Origin: an uncultured archaeon
GTDB taxonomy: Archaea; Asgardarchaeota; Lokiarchaeia; Sigyniarchaeales; SOKP01
Reading direction: 5' to 3'
DNA length: 32,592 nt
Assembly: GCA_964447495.1 (NCBI GenBank)
Contig: CAYUTF010000017.1
Coordinates: forward strand, 17,904 to 50,495
Under the pieces are notes generated by a model. The model had not been told where the DNA came from. It was given only the letters and a program-made list of their open reading frames with translations, and ran no database searches. The translations under genes were made by a program, and so were the position numbers. Positions 1 through 7,801 of this stretch are shown one piece after another (the stretch's first letter is position 1; each line of letters starts with the position of its first letter).

Positions 1-2
1 CT

Positions 3-440
3 GGTTGGTCACTTACAGTAGAGTTTTGGGATTATAAAATGGATTGGGGTCAAAGTGGAAGTATAGAAACGCTATTTCTGTCTAAGTATACATATCTCTA
101 TAATGATTTCATCTTTGTACTCACCCCCGTAGCGGATTATCTCGCAGAAGTTGACGAAGAAATGGGACCAGAATATTCTGTAACCCAAAATTCAATATCA
201 AAGGTTATTCGAGCAGAAACAGGGAGAGATTATATTATGACAAAAACTTATGATCGAAAAGGAATACCTAGTTCAGAAGCATTATATGAGTATACAACAG
301 GAAGAATGCTAGTTTGTGTTGAAGGCAGTTTATCTTTAATTCCATTTGGGTTTTACTTTATAGGATTCATGATTGTGGCATTAACAGCCGTGATATTTAT
401 CACTCTGAGAAAGAAACAAATCATATTCAAAAATAAATGA
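3..440 (+). CDS. 5'-truncated surface/secreted protein with C-terminal membrane anchor (Loki-CTERM/PGF-CTERM-like)
   Basis: Frame is open from position 3 (GWSLTVEFWDYKM...). It ends in IPFG + hydrophobic helix + RKKQ. Confidence 0.65.
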   Translation, partial: GWSLTVEFWDYKMDWGQSGSIETLFLSKYTYLYNDFIFVLTPVADYLAEVDEEMGPEYSVTQNSISKVIRAETGRDYIMTKTYDRKGIPSSEALYEYTTGRMLVCVEGSLSLIPFGFYFIGFMIVALTAVIFITLRKKQIIFKNK

Positions 441-478
441 ATAAAAGAAAAATATTCTTTTTAATTAAACAAAACATT

Positions 479-883
479 TTAGAATTTGAAGTCTTTTTGC
501 CATTTTTGATATCCTAGCCGAAGTAGATTGAACCGTGACTTATTTATTTTACTATCTACTTTATGATTAGAACCATATTTCATCATTTTATGATAGCGTT
601 CATAATATAGTTCAGATATGGGATTATCTTGAATAAGTTGTAAAATTGACCCTTCAGTAAAATAGAGTATTAGGTCTGGTATAAGCTTTGGGTTTTTTTG
701 TGTAAGTTCCAAATTCTTATTGTCTTTTTTATAAAGAAAATAGTGTAGCTTAATTTCATTTTCCTCTAAAGAGTTTTGATATATTATGTATTCCCAACAA
801 GCATTAACATGAAGGTGTCTCATCAGATCAGGATTATTAAGATAGTAATTTTTTAACGTAGTAAGTAAATCTTTAGGATTCAT
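479..883 (-). CDS. Hypothetical protein, SCP2 (sterol-carrier)-like fold; paralog of 2454-2933
   Basis: 134-aa ORF. Shares PDLILYFTEGSILQLIQ / KSRFNLLRLGY with ADLELALSVSAVEKLIQ / KRTQTLIDMGY of the 2454-2933 protein. Confidence 0.55.
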   Translation of the reverse strand: MNPKDLLTTLKNYYLNNPDLMRHLHVNACWEYIIYQNSLEENEIKLHYFLYKKDNKNLELTQKNPKLIPDLILYFTEGSILQLIQDNPISELYYERYHKMMKYGSNHKVDSKINKSRFNLLRLGYQKWQKDFKF

Positions 884-900
884 TAGGAAAGTAAGCTATA

Positions 901-2394
901 TTATTTTATTTTCTCTAAATATTTAGATGTTCCATCGTAGATGTATTTCGGATATACTAACTCTTGAGGGTAATACTTGCAGCCTGGAGGATACGCTGAA
1001 TCCTTAATTCCTCCAAGGGAGACAGTAATATCTGTGAGCATCGGGCGAGCATTGATATAAATATTAGCAGCTTCCAATTTTGTCTTGAATGTTTCGATAT
1101 TTTCTTTATTTGTTGTGTATGCAACAGCCCTCATACCATAATTACTCGCATTAGCTAATTTTATTGCATCATTTAAATCTTTTGCTTTAGTGATAGAGCG
1201 AACAGGTCCGAATGCTTCTTCTCTCCATAGAAAGGGAGCCTTTGATAAATCGTGACATAATTCTGGCTTTATTTCTACAAGGGTAGGTACATAAAATAAC
1301 CCAAAATCTTCACCCGTATCTATTTTTTCCCCTCCAGTAAAAATTTTAGCTCCAAATTTTTTTGCATCACTCACCATTATTTCCATCATCATGAGAATCT
1401 TCCGGCTTCCTAAAGGACCAATATCCACATCGGGGTCAGTAGGATCACCATATTTTAACTTCTCAATTTCTTTTATTAAACATTCTACATAATCATCATA
1501 AATGTCGTTATGAACTATAATTCGCTTCATAGAGAAACATTGTTGCCCAGAGTTGGTATAACTTGCCATTGCATTCCATTTTGCTACCTGCTCAATATTT
1601 ACATCATCCATAACGATACCCGCATCGTTTCCGGCGCATTCAAAAAAGAAATTTTTAAACGGGCTTGTATACATAGTTACGCCCATCGATTTATCTACAC
1701 TTTTTTTTAAGATCTGTGCATATCTCACTAAAATATCTTTAGCTGTGTGAGAGGCTGTGATCGTCATTATTGTTTTTATAAGAGGAGATCTTAGAAATTC
1801 ATCAACTGCCCAATCACCAGGAGCTATTACTATATCTAAAGCATCGAGAGCAGGAAATTCCATTTCCTCCATCATAGAATATGCTTTTAGCATAGTCAAT
1901 GGGCATGCAGTAGATGGTTTAACGAGGGCGCCATTTCCTACCAAGTAATTTGCACCAAGTTGATATAGCGGGAGACTAATCGGAGTGTTTCTAGGCGATA
2001 CGCAAGCTGCTAAGCCTTTTGGTATATATCGAATTTTAACTAATTGTTCTCCTTCAATACTTGTTAAAGACTTTTCTTCTATAAATTGGTAATACCAATC
2101 ACAAAAACGGAATCCTGTTGTAACAATGTTTAATTCCCACTCTGAATATTTTATGGGCAAACCTCCTTCAGCTACGATTAAATCTTTTAGTTCTTTTTTT
2201 TTGAAGCGTAACTTACTTGCAAATTTGGAGAGAAGCTGTGCTCTTTCAAAGAAGTCCATCTCTTTTAATAAATCTTGATTTTTATAAGCAAATTTAATTT
2301 TTTCTTGAACGCTTTCTACTGTATCAGCCGGAATGCTTTCTATTAATTCTCCTGTGTATTTATTTTTAATTTCTAATACTTTTACTTTTGACAT
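901..2394 (-). CDS. Aldehyde dehydrogenase family protein (divergent)
   Basis: PRNTP (PxN), KPS, ECAGND (ELGG equivalent), catalytic GQQC, EEAFGPV, ANASNYGM. Confidence 0.93.
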   Translation of the reverse strand: MSKVKVLEIKNKYTGELIESIPADTVESVQEKIKFAYKNQDLLKEMDFFERAQLLSKFASKLRFKKKELKDLIVAEGGLPIKYSEWELNIVTTGFRFCDWYYQFIEEKSLTSIEGEQLVKIRYIPKGLAACVSPRNTPISLPLYQLGANYLVGNGALVKPSTACPLTMLKAYSMMEEMEFPALDALDIVIAPGDWAVDEFLRSPLIKTIMTITASHTAKDILVRYAQILKKSVDKSMGVTMYTSPFKNFFFECAGNDAGIVMDDVNIEQVAKWNAMASYTNSGQQCFSMKRIIVHNDIYDDYVECLIKEIEKLKYGDPTDPDVDIGPLGSRKILMMMEIMVSDAKKFGAKIFTGGEKIDTGEDFGLFYVPTLVEIKPELCHDLSKAPFLWREEAFGPVRSITKAKDLNDAIKLANASNYGMRAVAYTTNKENIETFKTKLEAANIYINARPMLTDITVSLGGIKDSAYPPGCKYYPQELVYPKYIYDGTSKYLEKIK

Positions 2395-2453
2395 ATAAAA
2401 TTCTCTTTAAGTTTTATTTAATCTAAATTTAAGAATACCTTTTTTAAAAAAAT

Positions 2454-2933
2454 TTAAATACTATAAATATCATCATCATCTTCAAGAATACCCGCTGTTT
2501 GAGCGAATCTTCCATAACCCATATCAATTAGAGTTTGAGTTCTTTTATGCAACATAAAATCAATCCATCCTTTACATTCATCGGGTTCATTATAGAAAAA
2601 TCCGAGAAGTTGGGCATATTCTACTTTGTTGTTGGTTTGGATCAATTTTTCCACTGCGGATACTGAAAGTGCTAGTTCTAAATCAGCGTTAGTTGCTCTT
2701 CCCGGTTTGATTTCAATACCTTGACCATTTCGATAAACATTAAAAATATCTTGAGGTAAAGTTGCATCATAATCTTCAATAGAATTATAAATTGCGAAAT
2801 CAAAATTAGAGCCAGAGACTAAATCAGAAAAGATTTCAGGGTATTGCGATAAAAAGGTAGTATAATTTTTGGCTAATTTAGTTTTAAACTGTTCTTGATT
2901 AACAAGTTTACTTATTAATTGATCTTCTGCCAT
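2454..2933 (-). CDS. Hypothetical protein, SCP2-like lipid-binding fold
   Basis: FNVYRNGQGIEIKPGRATNADLELALSVSAVEKL resembles the beta-hairpin / aD-strand / helix pattern of SCP2 domains. Confidence 0.55.
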   Translation of the reverse strand: MAEDQLISKLVNQEQFKTKLAKNYTTFLSQYPEIFSDLVSGSNFDFAIYNSIEDYDATLPQDIFNVYRNGQGIEIKPGRATNADLELALSVSAVEKLIQTNNKVEYAQLLGFFYNEPDECKGWIDFMLHKRTQTLIDMGYGRFAQTAGILEDDDDIYSI

Positions 2934-2953
2934 TTTTTACAAACTCCTAATTC

Positions 2954-3958
2954 CTATTTTTTTTTTAATCTATTTTCTTCGATGAATTTTTTATACCAAT
3001 CTATGGTTTTAGTTAATCCTTCTCTTAAAGGAGTAATTTTATAGCCCAGTTCTTTTATAGCTTTTTCTGATGAATATGACCAATTATAGTTGATCATTTT
3101 AATAGTCGGTCGGTTTATATAAGGCACTTTTTTCGTGAATTTTGTCTTAAGTTCACATAACCAACCATATAAAAGAGCCAAGCTCATTGGAAAATGTCGT
3201 ATTTTTTTATCACTTCCTGATATATCAGCAATTGAATTAAGCCAATCATTAAAGAGCATATTCACCCCTCCAAGGATGAATTCTTCTCCCTTTAAATCAT
3301 TTTTTTCTATTATACTTGTCAAACCATTGGCTATATCATTAACGTAAACAAAGGAACCAACATTATCTCCTTTACCAGGACATCCCATAAAGGATTCGCT
3401 AGTTATATCTAGTATAGTCTGCCCAAATATATTAAAATCTCTGGGACCATAAGCTATTCCAGGATAGAACATTACTGCATTAAGTCCTTTTTCAATATAG
3501 TCCTTTATCAATTTTTTTGCTTTAAATTTTGTCTTAGCATAATCAAGGAATAATCCATCCTCACTTTCAAAAGTCTCATCTACTGGTTCTTCAGGAGTTG
3601 CACCTAACGCAATAAAAGAACTAACATATATTAATCTAATATCATTTTTCATTGCTACTTTAGCGACATTCTCTGTACCCTTTATGTTTATATCTTCAAA
3701 TACTGATTCATCTTGAGCCCACATGCGTGTAAATGCAGCTAGATGATATATAATATCAACATCATCTACTACTTTATAGAAACTTTCTATATCTCGAACA
3801 TCGCCATAAATATACTCTATATTTTTAAAATTCTGAAAAGGGGAGATATCACTCGATTCACGTACTAAAAGTTTAAGAGAATGACCTAGTTCATAGAGTT
3901 TTTCAACTAATGGAACACCAATAAATCCCGTTCCCCCAGTAATTAAAATATTTACCAT
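2954..3958 (-). CDS. Extended SDR, NAD-dependent epimerase/dehydratase (3-beta-HSD/HpnA/dihydroflavonol reductase-like)
   Basis: TGGTGFIG, HLAA, VSS, YAKTK (YxxxK), YGP, ELGY. Confidence 0.9.
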   Translation of the reverse strand: MVNILITGGTGFIGVPLVEKLYELGHSLKLLVRESSDISPFQNFKNIEYIYGDVRDIESFYKVVDDVDIIYHLAAFTRMWAQDESVFEDINIKGTENVAKVAMKNDIRLIYVSSFIALGATPEEPVDETFESEDGLFLDYAKTKFKAKKLIKDYIEKGLNAVMFYPGIAYGPRDFNIFGQTILDITSESFMGCPGKGDNVGSFVYVNDIANGLTSIIEKNDLKGEEFILGGVNMLFNDWLNSIADISGSDKKIRHFPMSLALLYGWLCELKTKFTKKVPYINRPTIKMINYNWSYSSEKAIKELGYKITPLREGLTKTIDWYKKFIEENRLKKK

Positions 3959-3998
3959 AGTATAAAGATAAAAAGTTCAATAAATTAAAGAAGAAATT

Positions 3999-4033
3999 TA
4001 ATCATACTTTTAAATTATAATCATACTTTTAAA
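3999..4033. repeat. 16-bp perfect direct repeat TAATCATACTTTTAAA x2 (19-bp period) in a divergent intergenic region
   Basis: Copies at 3999-4014 and 4018-4033. Confidence 0.8.
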
Positions 4034-4113
4034 AATTGTAATAGTTAATACTTGGAATCATAGGAAAGAGAAATTTTATATATACAAAATAGTAAGTTTT
4101 AATTTAAAGAAAG

Positions 4114-4656
4114 ATGTCTGATTATCTCAAATTTGTTTCACAATTGAGTCTACCATTTTTAGAAACGCCTTGGGAGCTCATACCAAATATATTTAATCTT
4201 TTGGCAGAGAAGTTCAATCTAATTCATAATTCCTCCCAAAAACTAATCGACTTAGGCGCAGGAAATGGTCGAGTAGTTATATATTCTGCATTAAATTATG
4301 GAATTAAATCCATTGGAATTGAAATTAATCATAACTTAATGGAGGAAGCAAAAGAAATAATAAAAACATTGAAACAAGAAAAAAGTTATAGAAAGGAACT
4401 ATTTAGATTAATAGAACTTAGGAATGAAGATTTATTTCAGCAAAATTTAAAGGATTATGACTTTATATATATTTATTCCTTGCCATCTATGCAGAAGTCT
4501 TTGAATCATGTATTTAAAACAGCAAAAAACGGAGCTATATTCATCTCATTCAAATACGAGCTTAACGGTTTCGATTCTTATTTACAGAAAGAATATAGTT
4601 TAGAAATTGATCAAAAAAATAAAGTTTGGACAGCATATTATTACAAAAAATTCTGA
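4114..4656 (+). CDS. Class I SAM-dependent methyltransferase, aKMT/FAM173/DOT1-like protein lysine methyltransferase
   Basis: PFLETP, IDLGAGNGRVV, GIEIN, DLF, YIYSL, ISFKY. Confidence 0.8.
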   Translation: MSDYLKFVSQLSLPFLETPWELIPNIFNLLAEKFNLIHNSSQKLIDLGAGNGRVVIYSALNYGIKSIGIEINHNLMEEAKEIIKTLKQEKSYRKELFRLIELRNEDLFQQNLKDYDFIYIYSLPSMQKSLNHVFKTAKNGAIFISFKYELNGFDSYLQKEYSLEIDQKNKVWTAYYYKKF

Positions 4657-4719
4657 TTAAAATTATTTTTGATTTCGCAAAATCATACAAACCTTCTAAG
4701 TGAAATTCTTTAGTTTAAA

Positions 4720-5214
4720 TCATTTCGGGGATATTTTTTCTCTCAACCAAAGCAAATGTTGATATTGCCACTCTCTTTCTTTAGCTACAGCAGCATAGGC
4801 ATCAGAGGAGTTGCTGGCTCTATGTATAGCCTGTAAGCCATAAATTGCAGCACCAATAGAATGAGTTTTAACGTGAGCTGTTGCAACTGCCTGACCTGCG
4901 GCACGTGCTGCAGAGCGAGCGGCATTATCCTCGCCTATTTCACGAGCAGCAGTATGTGCATCAAGTGAAGCTTTGCGTATAACTGCCATCTTAAATGAAC
5001 CTGTATTTATCCATGTTTGGAGCGTTTCGAAAGCATTTTTGGGACGATGATCTTTAGGACATTTTTTCTCAAAGTATGGCAGAACACGTTTGGTACAATC
5101 AAATGCCCAGACAGCTAATGTCTTTTTATCAGTTTTATTTACAAGCTCTACAAGTCTCTCGTCTTTTCTGTAATCTATAAGTGAAAATTTGGATTTTTCT
5201 TTTTCAATTTTCAT
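4720..5214 (-). CDS. Imm5-like putative immunity protein
   Basis: WAFDCTKRVL...DHRP...ASLDAHTAARE...AARAAGQAVATAHV.THSIGAAIY signature. Confidence 0.8.
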   Translation of the reverse strand: MKIEKEKSKFSLIDYRKDERLVELVNKTDKKTLAVWAFDCTKRVLPYFEKKCPKDHRPKNAFETLQTWINTGSFKMAVIRKASLDAHTAAREIGEDNAARSAARAAGQAVATAHVKTHSIGAAIYGLQAIHRASNSSDAYAAVAKEREWQYQHLLWLREKISPK

Positions 5215-5366
5215 ATAATTAAATGAATAGTGTAAATAATTATAAAATCTTTGATTATGAGAGTAAAAATGAAGTTCATTCTCGATTAAAGCAGGAAAGA
5301 ATAAATTGCTTTTTTGTCATCATGTTTGAATGAATCATTCAAAACTTCGTGAAATCATCGTTATAG

Positions 5367-5528
5367 CTTAAAGATACTAAAATAAATTTGGAAAATCCAA
5401 TTGTCATTAATGCTAGTATTAGGGCAAAATTAGATGTTTTTAAGGATAAATACCCAACAACAACAATTTGGTCATGGTTTGTACAGCGTACAAGGAAAAT
5501 TACTGAAAATGATTTTAAAATAATTTAA
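5367..5528 (+). pseudogene. C-terminal remnant of an EVE/PUA-like domain protein
   Basis: Start-less frame LKDTKINLENPIVINASIRAKLDVFKDKYPTTTIWSWFVQRTRKITENDFKII*, preceded by an in-frame TAG at 5364. Confidence 0.45.
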
Positions 5529-5647
5529 AAAAAAAATATTGAAATTTATGACTAATGAAAATCTAATTGAGATTGATATTAAAGTAATTAAAAAAAAAAG
5601 ACAAATTTTTAAATTTAGCTGTAATAATGAAAAATGTAAAAATAAAA

Positions 5648-5665
5648 AATGAATAATTATTCATT
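5648..5665. promoter_or_regulatory. Perfect 18-bp palindrome AATGAATAATTATTCATT, candidate operator of the respiratory operon
   Basis: Self-complementary; ends 8 bp before the ATG at 5674. Confidence 0.55.
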
Positions 5666-5673
5666 AAATAGAA

Positions 5674-5985
5674 ATGATCATAATTGAACTTCTAGTATCA
5701 CTACTTATCGTATACCTTGTTGCATTTATAATTTATTTATTAGGAAGCAAAAAAAGAAGATATAGTGACACCTATCATTGTGGTGAAAGATTAATAGAAC
5801 ATAAGGTGAAATATCAAGTCCCATGGATATATTATGCCAGTCTTTTTATCGCATTTGATGCCACAGTAGTTCTTGTTGCAATTACCTCTCTTTCACTAAA
5901 TATTATAACTTTAATTTTCTTGATTTTGATCATGCTCTCTTTATTTTTTATTCCCAAAGAAAAAGAGAGTGTGAATGATGATTAA
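5674..5985 (+). CDS. nuoA: NuoA-like (complex I subunit 3) membrane subunit
   Basis: 3 TM; YHCGE (YECG equivalent); FIAFD. Confidence 0.85.
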   Translation: MIIIELLVSLLIVYLVAFIIYLLGSKKRRYSDTYHCGERLIEHKVKYQVPWIYYASLFIAFDATVVLVAITSLSLNIITLIFLILIMLSLFFIPKEKESVNDD

Positions 5986-6949
5986 AATCGCAATGATATT
6001 GATATGGGTTCTTCTATCGTTTTTATTCTCCCTTTTTTATGAGTGGTTTGATAGGAAGGTGTATGCACGTTTTCAAAATAGAATAGGCCCTCAAATGACC
6101 GGTTTCAAAGGAATAATGCAACCATTGGCGGACTTCATTAAATTATTAAACAAGGAGAGTATATTTCCAAAAGTAAGTAATACTTTTTTGATAACATTCT
6201 CTGCAATATCATCAGTCGCACTAATGTTTTTTATATTACTTTTTATTCCTCTTTATGATTTTAATGCACCACTTTCGTTTAGTGGTGATTTAATTTTATT
6301 ATTCGGGATCGGTGTGCTTATAGATCTTTTAATTATAATAACTGGTTATTCTGTTGCTTGCCCTTATTCAAATGAAGGTGCAGCAAGAAAGGCAGAGATG
6401 ATAATTTCCTTCGAAATTCCTTTCGGAATATCAATAGCAACTATTATAGCCATATCCAAATCTATTACTATAAAAGAAAGTTTGTTATTTCAATCGTCGG
6501 GTATTCCCCTTATATTATTCATGCCTTTAAGTTTTATTGCATATATATTTAGTAGCATAGCAAAAATAGAAAAAGTCCCATTTGATTCTCCAAGTGCAGA
6601 GTCAGAAATCGTAGCAGGATGGTCAACAGAAATCAGTGGGAGAACATTAGCCTTATTCAGACTTTCTTCGGATCTTGATATGTATTTTGTGGCATCTTTT
6701 GCAGCCATCCTTTTCCTAGGTGGTCCAACATTCCCTTATTTTAACTATCCTGAGTTATTATTTCTTAATCAGACTTTAAATTTTATAATATTCTTTCTCA
6801 AGACATCATTAATTGTCTTTATAATAACAATGATAAGGAGCCTTACTGCAAGATATCGCATTGATCAAGTAATTAACTATTTCTGGAAAGTTATTTTTCC
6901 ATTGGCAATGTTGAATTTAATTATAATTATTATATTTGGTTTGGGGTGA
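5975..6949 (+). CDS. nuoH: NuoH/MbxM-like membrane anchor subunit
   Basis: RKVYARFQNRIGP, GIMQPLADFIKLLNKE, PFD..AESEIVAGW.TEISG, RYRIDQ. Confidence 0.95.
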   Translation: MMIKIAMILIWVLLSFLFSLFYEWFDRKVYARFQNRIGPQMTGFKGIMQPLADFIKLLNKESIFPKVSNTFLITFSAISSVALMFFILLFIPLYDFNAPLSFSGDLILLFGIGVLIDLLIIITGYSVACPYSNEGAARKAEMIISFEIPFGISIATIIAISKSITIKESLLFQSSGIPLILFMPLSFIAYIFSSIAKIEKVPFDSPSAESEIVAGWSTEISGRTLALFRLSSDLDMYFVASFAAILFLGGPTFPYFNYPELLFLNQTLNFIIFFLKTSLIVFIITMIRSLTARYRIDQVINYFWKVIFPLAMLNLIIIIIFGLG

Positions 6950-6955
6950 TTCAAT

Positions 6956-7210
6956 ATGAATGTTCTTATTATTCCTCTGTCGTTATTTATTTTAATAATA
7001 CTAACCACATTAACAATCTATTTTGTAGAAAAATTAATGCACGTTGCTATTTTTTTTACAGTATTCAATATCTTAATAGGAATATTTTATATTTTTTTGG
7101 GCTATACTCTCTTGGGCATATTTCAGATAACATTATACTCTGTTTCGATGGCAACTCTATTTTTTTATATAATATGTTTAATAGGAGGGGAAGATAATAA
7201 AGAAGAGTAA
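6956..7210 (+). CDS. NuoJ N-terminal half / MbhD-like small membrane subunit
   Basis: 3 TM; LGY.LLGIFQITLYSVSM resembles NuoJ TM3; position between nuoH and nuoK. Confidence 0.7.
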   Translation: MNVLIIPLSLFILIILTTLTIYFVEKLMHVAIFFTVFNILIGIFYIFLGYTLLGIFQITLYSVSMATLFFYIICLIGGEDNKEE

Positions 7211-7214
7211 ATTA

Positions 7215-7469
7215 TTGTCATGTGTGTTATTGTTCTTAATGGTAACAATTACTGTTTCTTATGCCATTGAATTTGAGAATATTCAAAGCAATTATGTAGA
7301 AAACACAGGTGATATTTTAACAGGTGAGGATGGTAAAGTATTTGATACATTAATAGGAAAATTTATCTGGGAATATAGGGGATTCGAGATGATCATAATA
7401 GCTTTTATTTTACTCAGCGTATATGCTGGTATTTCAACACAAATTAGGAGATCCAATGATAGGAAGTGA
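7215..7469 (+). CDS. NuoJ C-terminal half / MbhE (MnhB-like) small membrane subunit
   Basis: IGKFIWEYRGFE motif followed by a TM helix; TTG start uncertain. Confidence 0.65.
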   Translation: MSCVLLFLMVTITVSYAIEFENIQSNYVENTGDILTGEDGKVFDTLIGKFIWEYRGFEMIIIAFILLSVYAGISTQIRRSNDRK

Positions 7470-7792
7470 TAAAAATGATTGATATAATAATACTTATATT
7501 TTTTTTAATAATGACAGAATTTTTCATAAGCTTGGTAATAGCTGCCACTAGTAAAAATGTAATCAAAATAATAATAGGCGTGGAGATTTTAATAATTACT
7601 GCAAATGCATTTCTAGTCTTTTTTTCTGTATATTTTGCAGGCGGTAGTTTAGATCCATTTGTTGTAACAATCGTTATGATCTCGACAATAATTGCAGCAA
7701 TTGTTGCTGCGTTTGTTCTTATTATTGTTTATATGATGCAAGAAAAATTCAATACACTTAATGCTGAAAAAATTAGTGAGCTTAGGTGGTAA
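7466..7792 (+). CDS. nuoK: NuoK/MbhG/MnhC-like subunit
   Basis: KNVIKIIIGVEILI, DP, 3 TM. Confidence 0.8.
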   Translation: MIKMIDIIILIFFLIMTEFFISLVIAATSKNVIKIIIGVEILIITANAFLVFFSVYFAGGSLDPFVVTIVMISTIIAAIVAAFVLIIVYMMQEKFNTLNAEKISELRW

Positions 7793-7801
7793 AAGATATA
7801 T

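Noticed and set aside
443-461. AAAAGAA-N5-TTCTTTT hairpin between convergent genes
   Set aside because: Too short and AT-rich to support as a terminator.
6946-7197. Alternative 83-aa ORF overlapping the NuoJ-like gene
   Set aside because: The 6956-7210 frame has the expected hydrophobic pattern; this frame does not.
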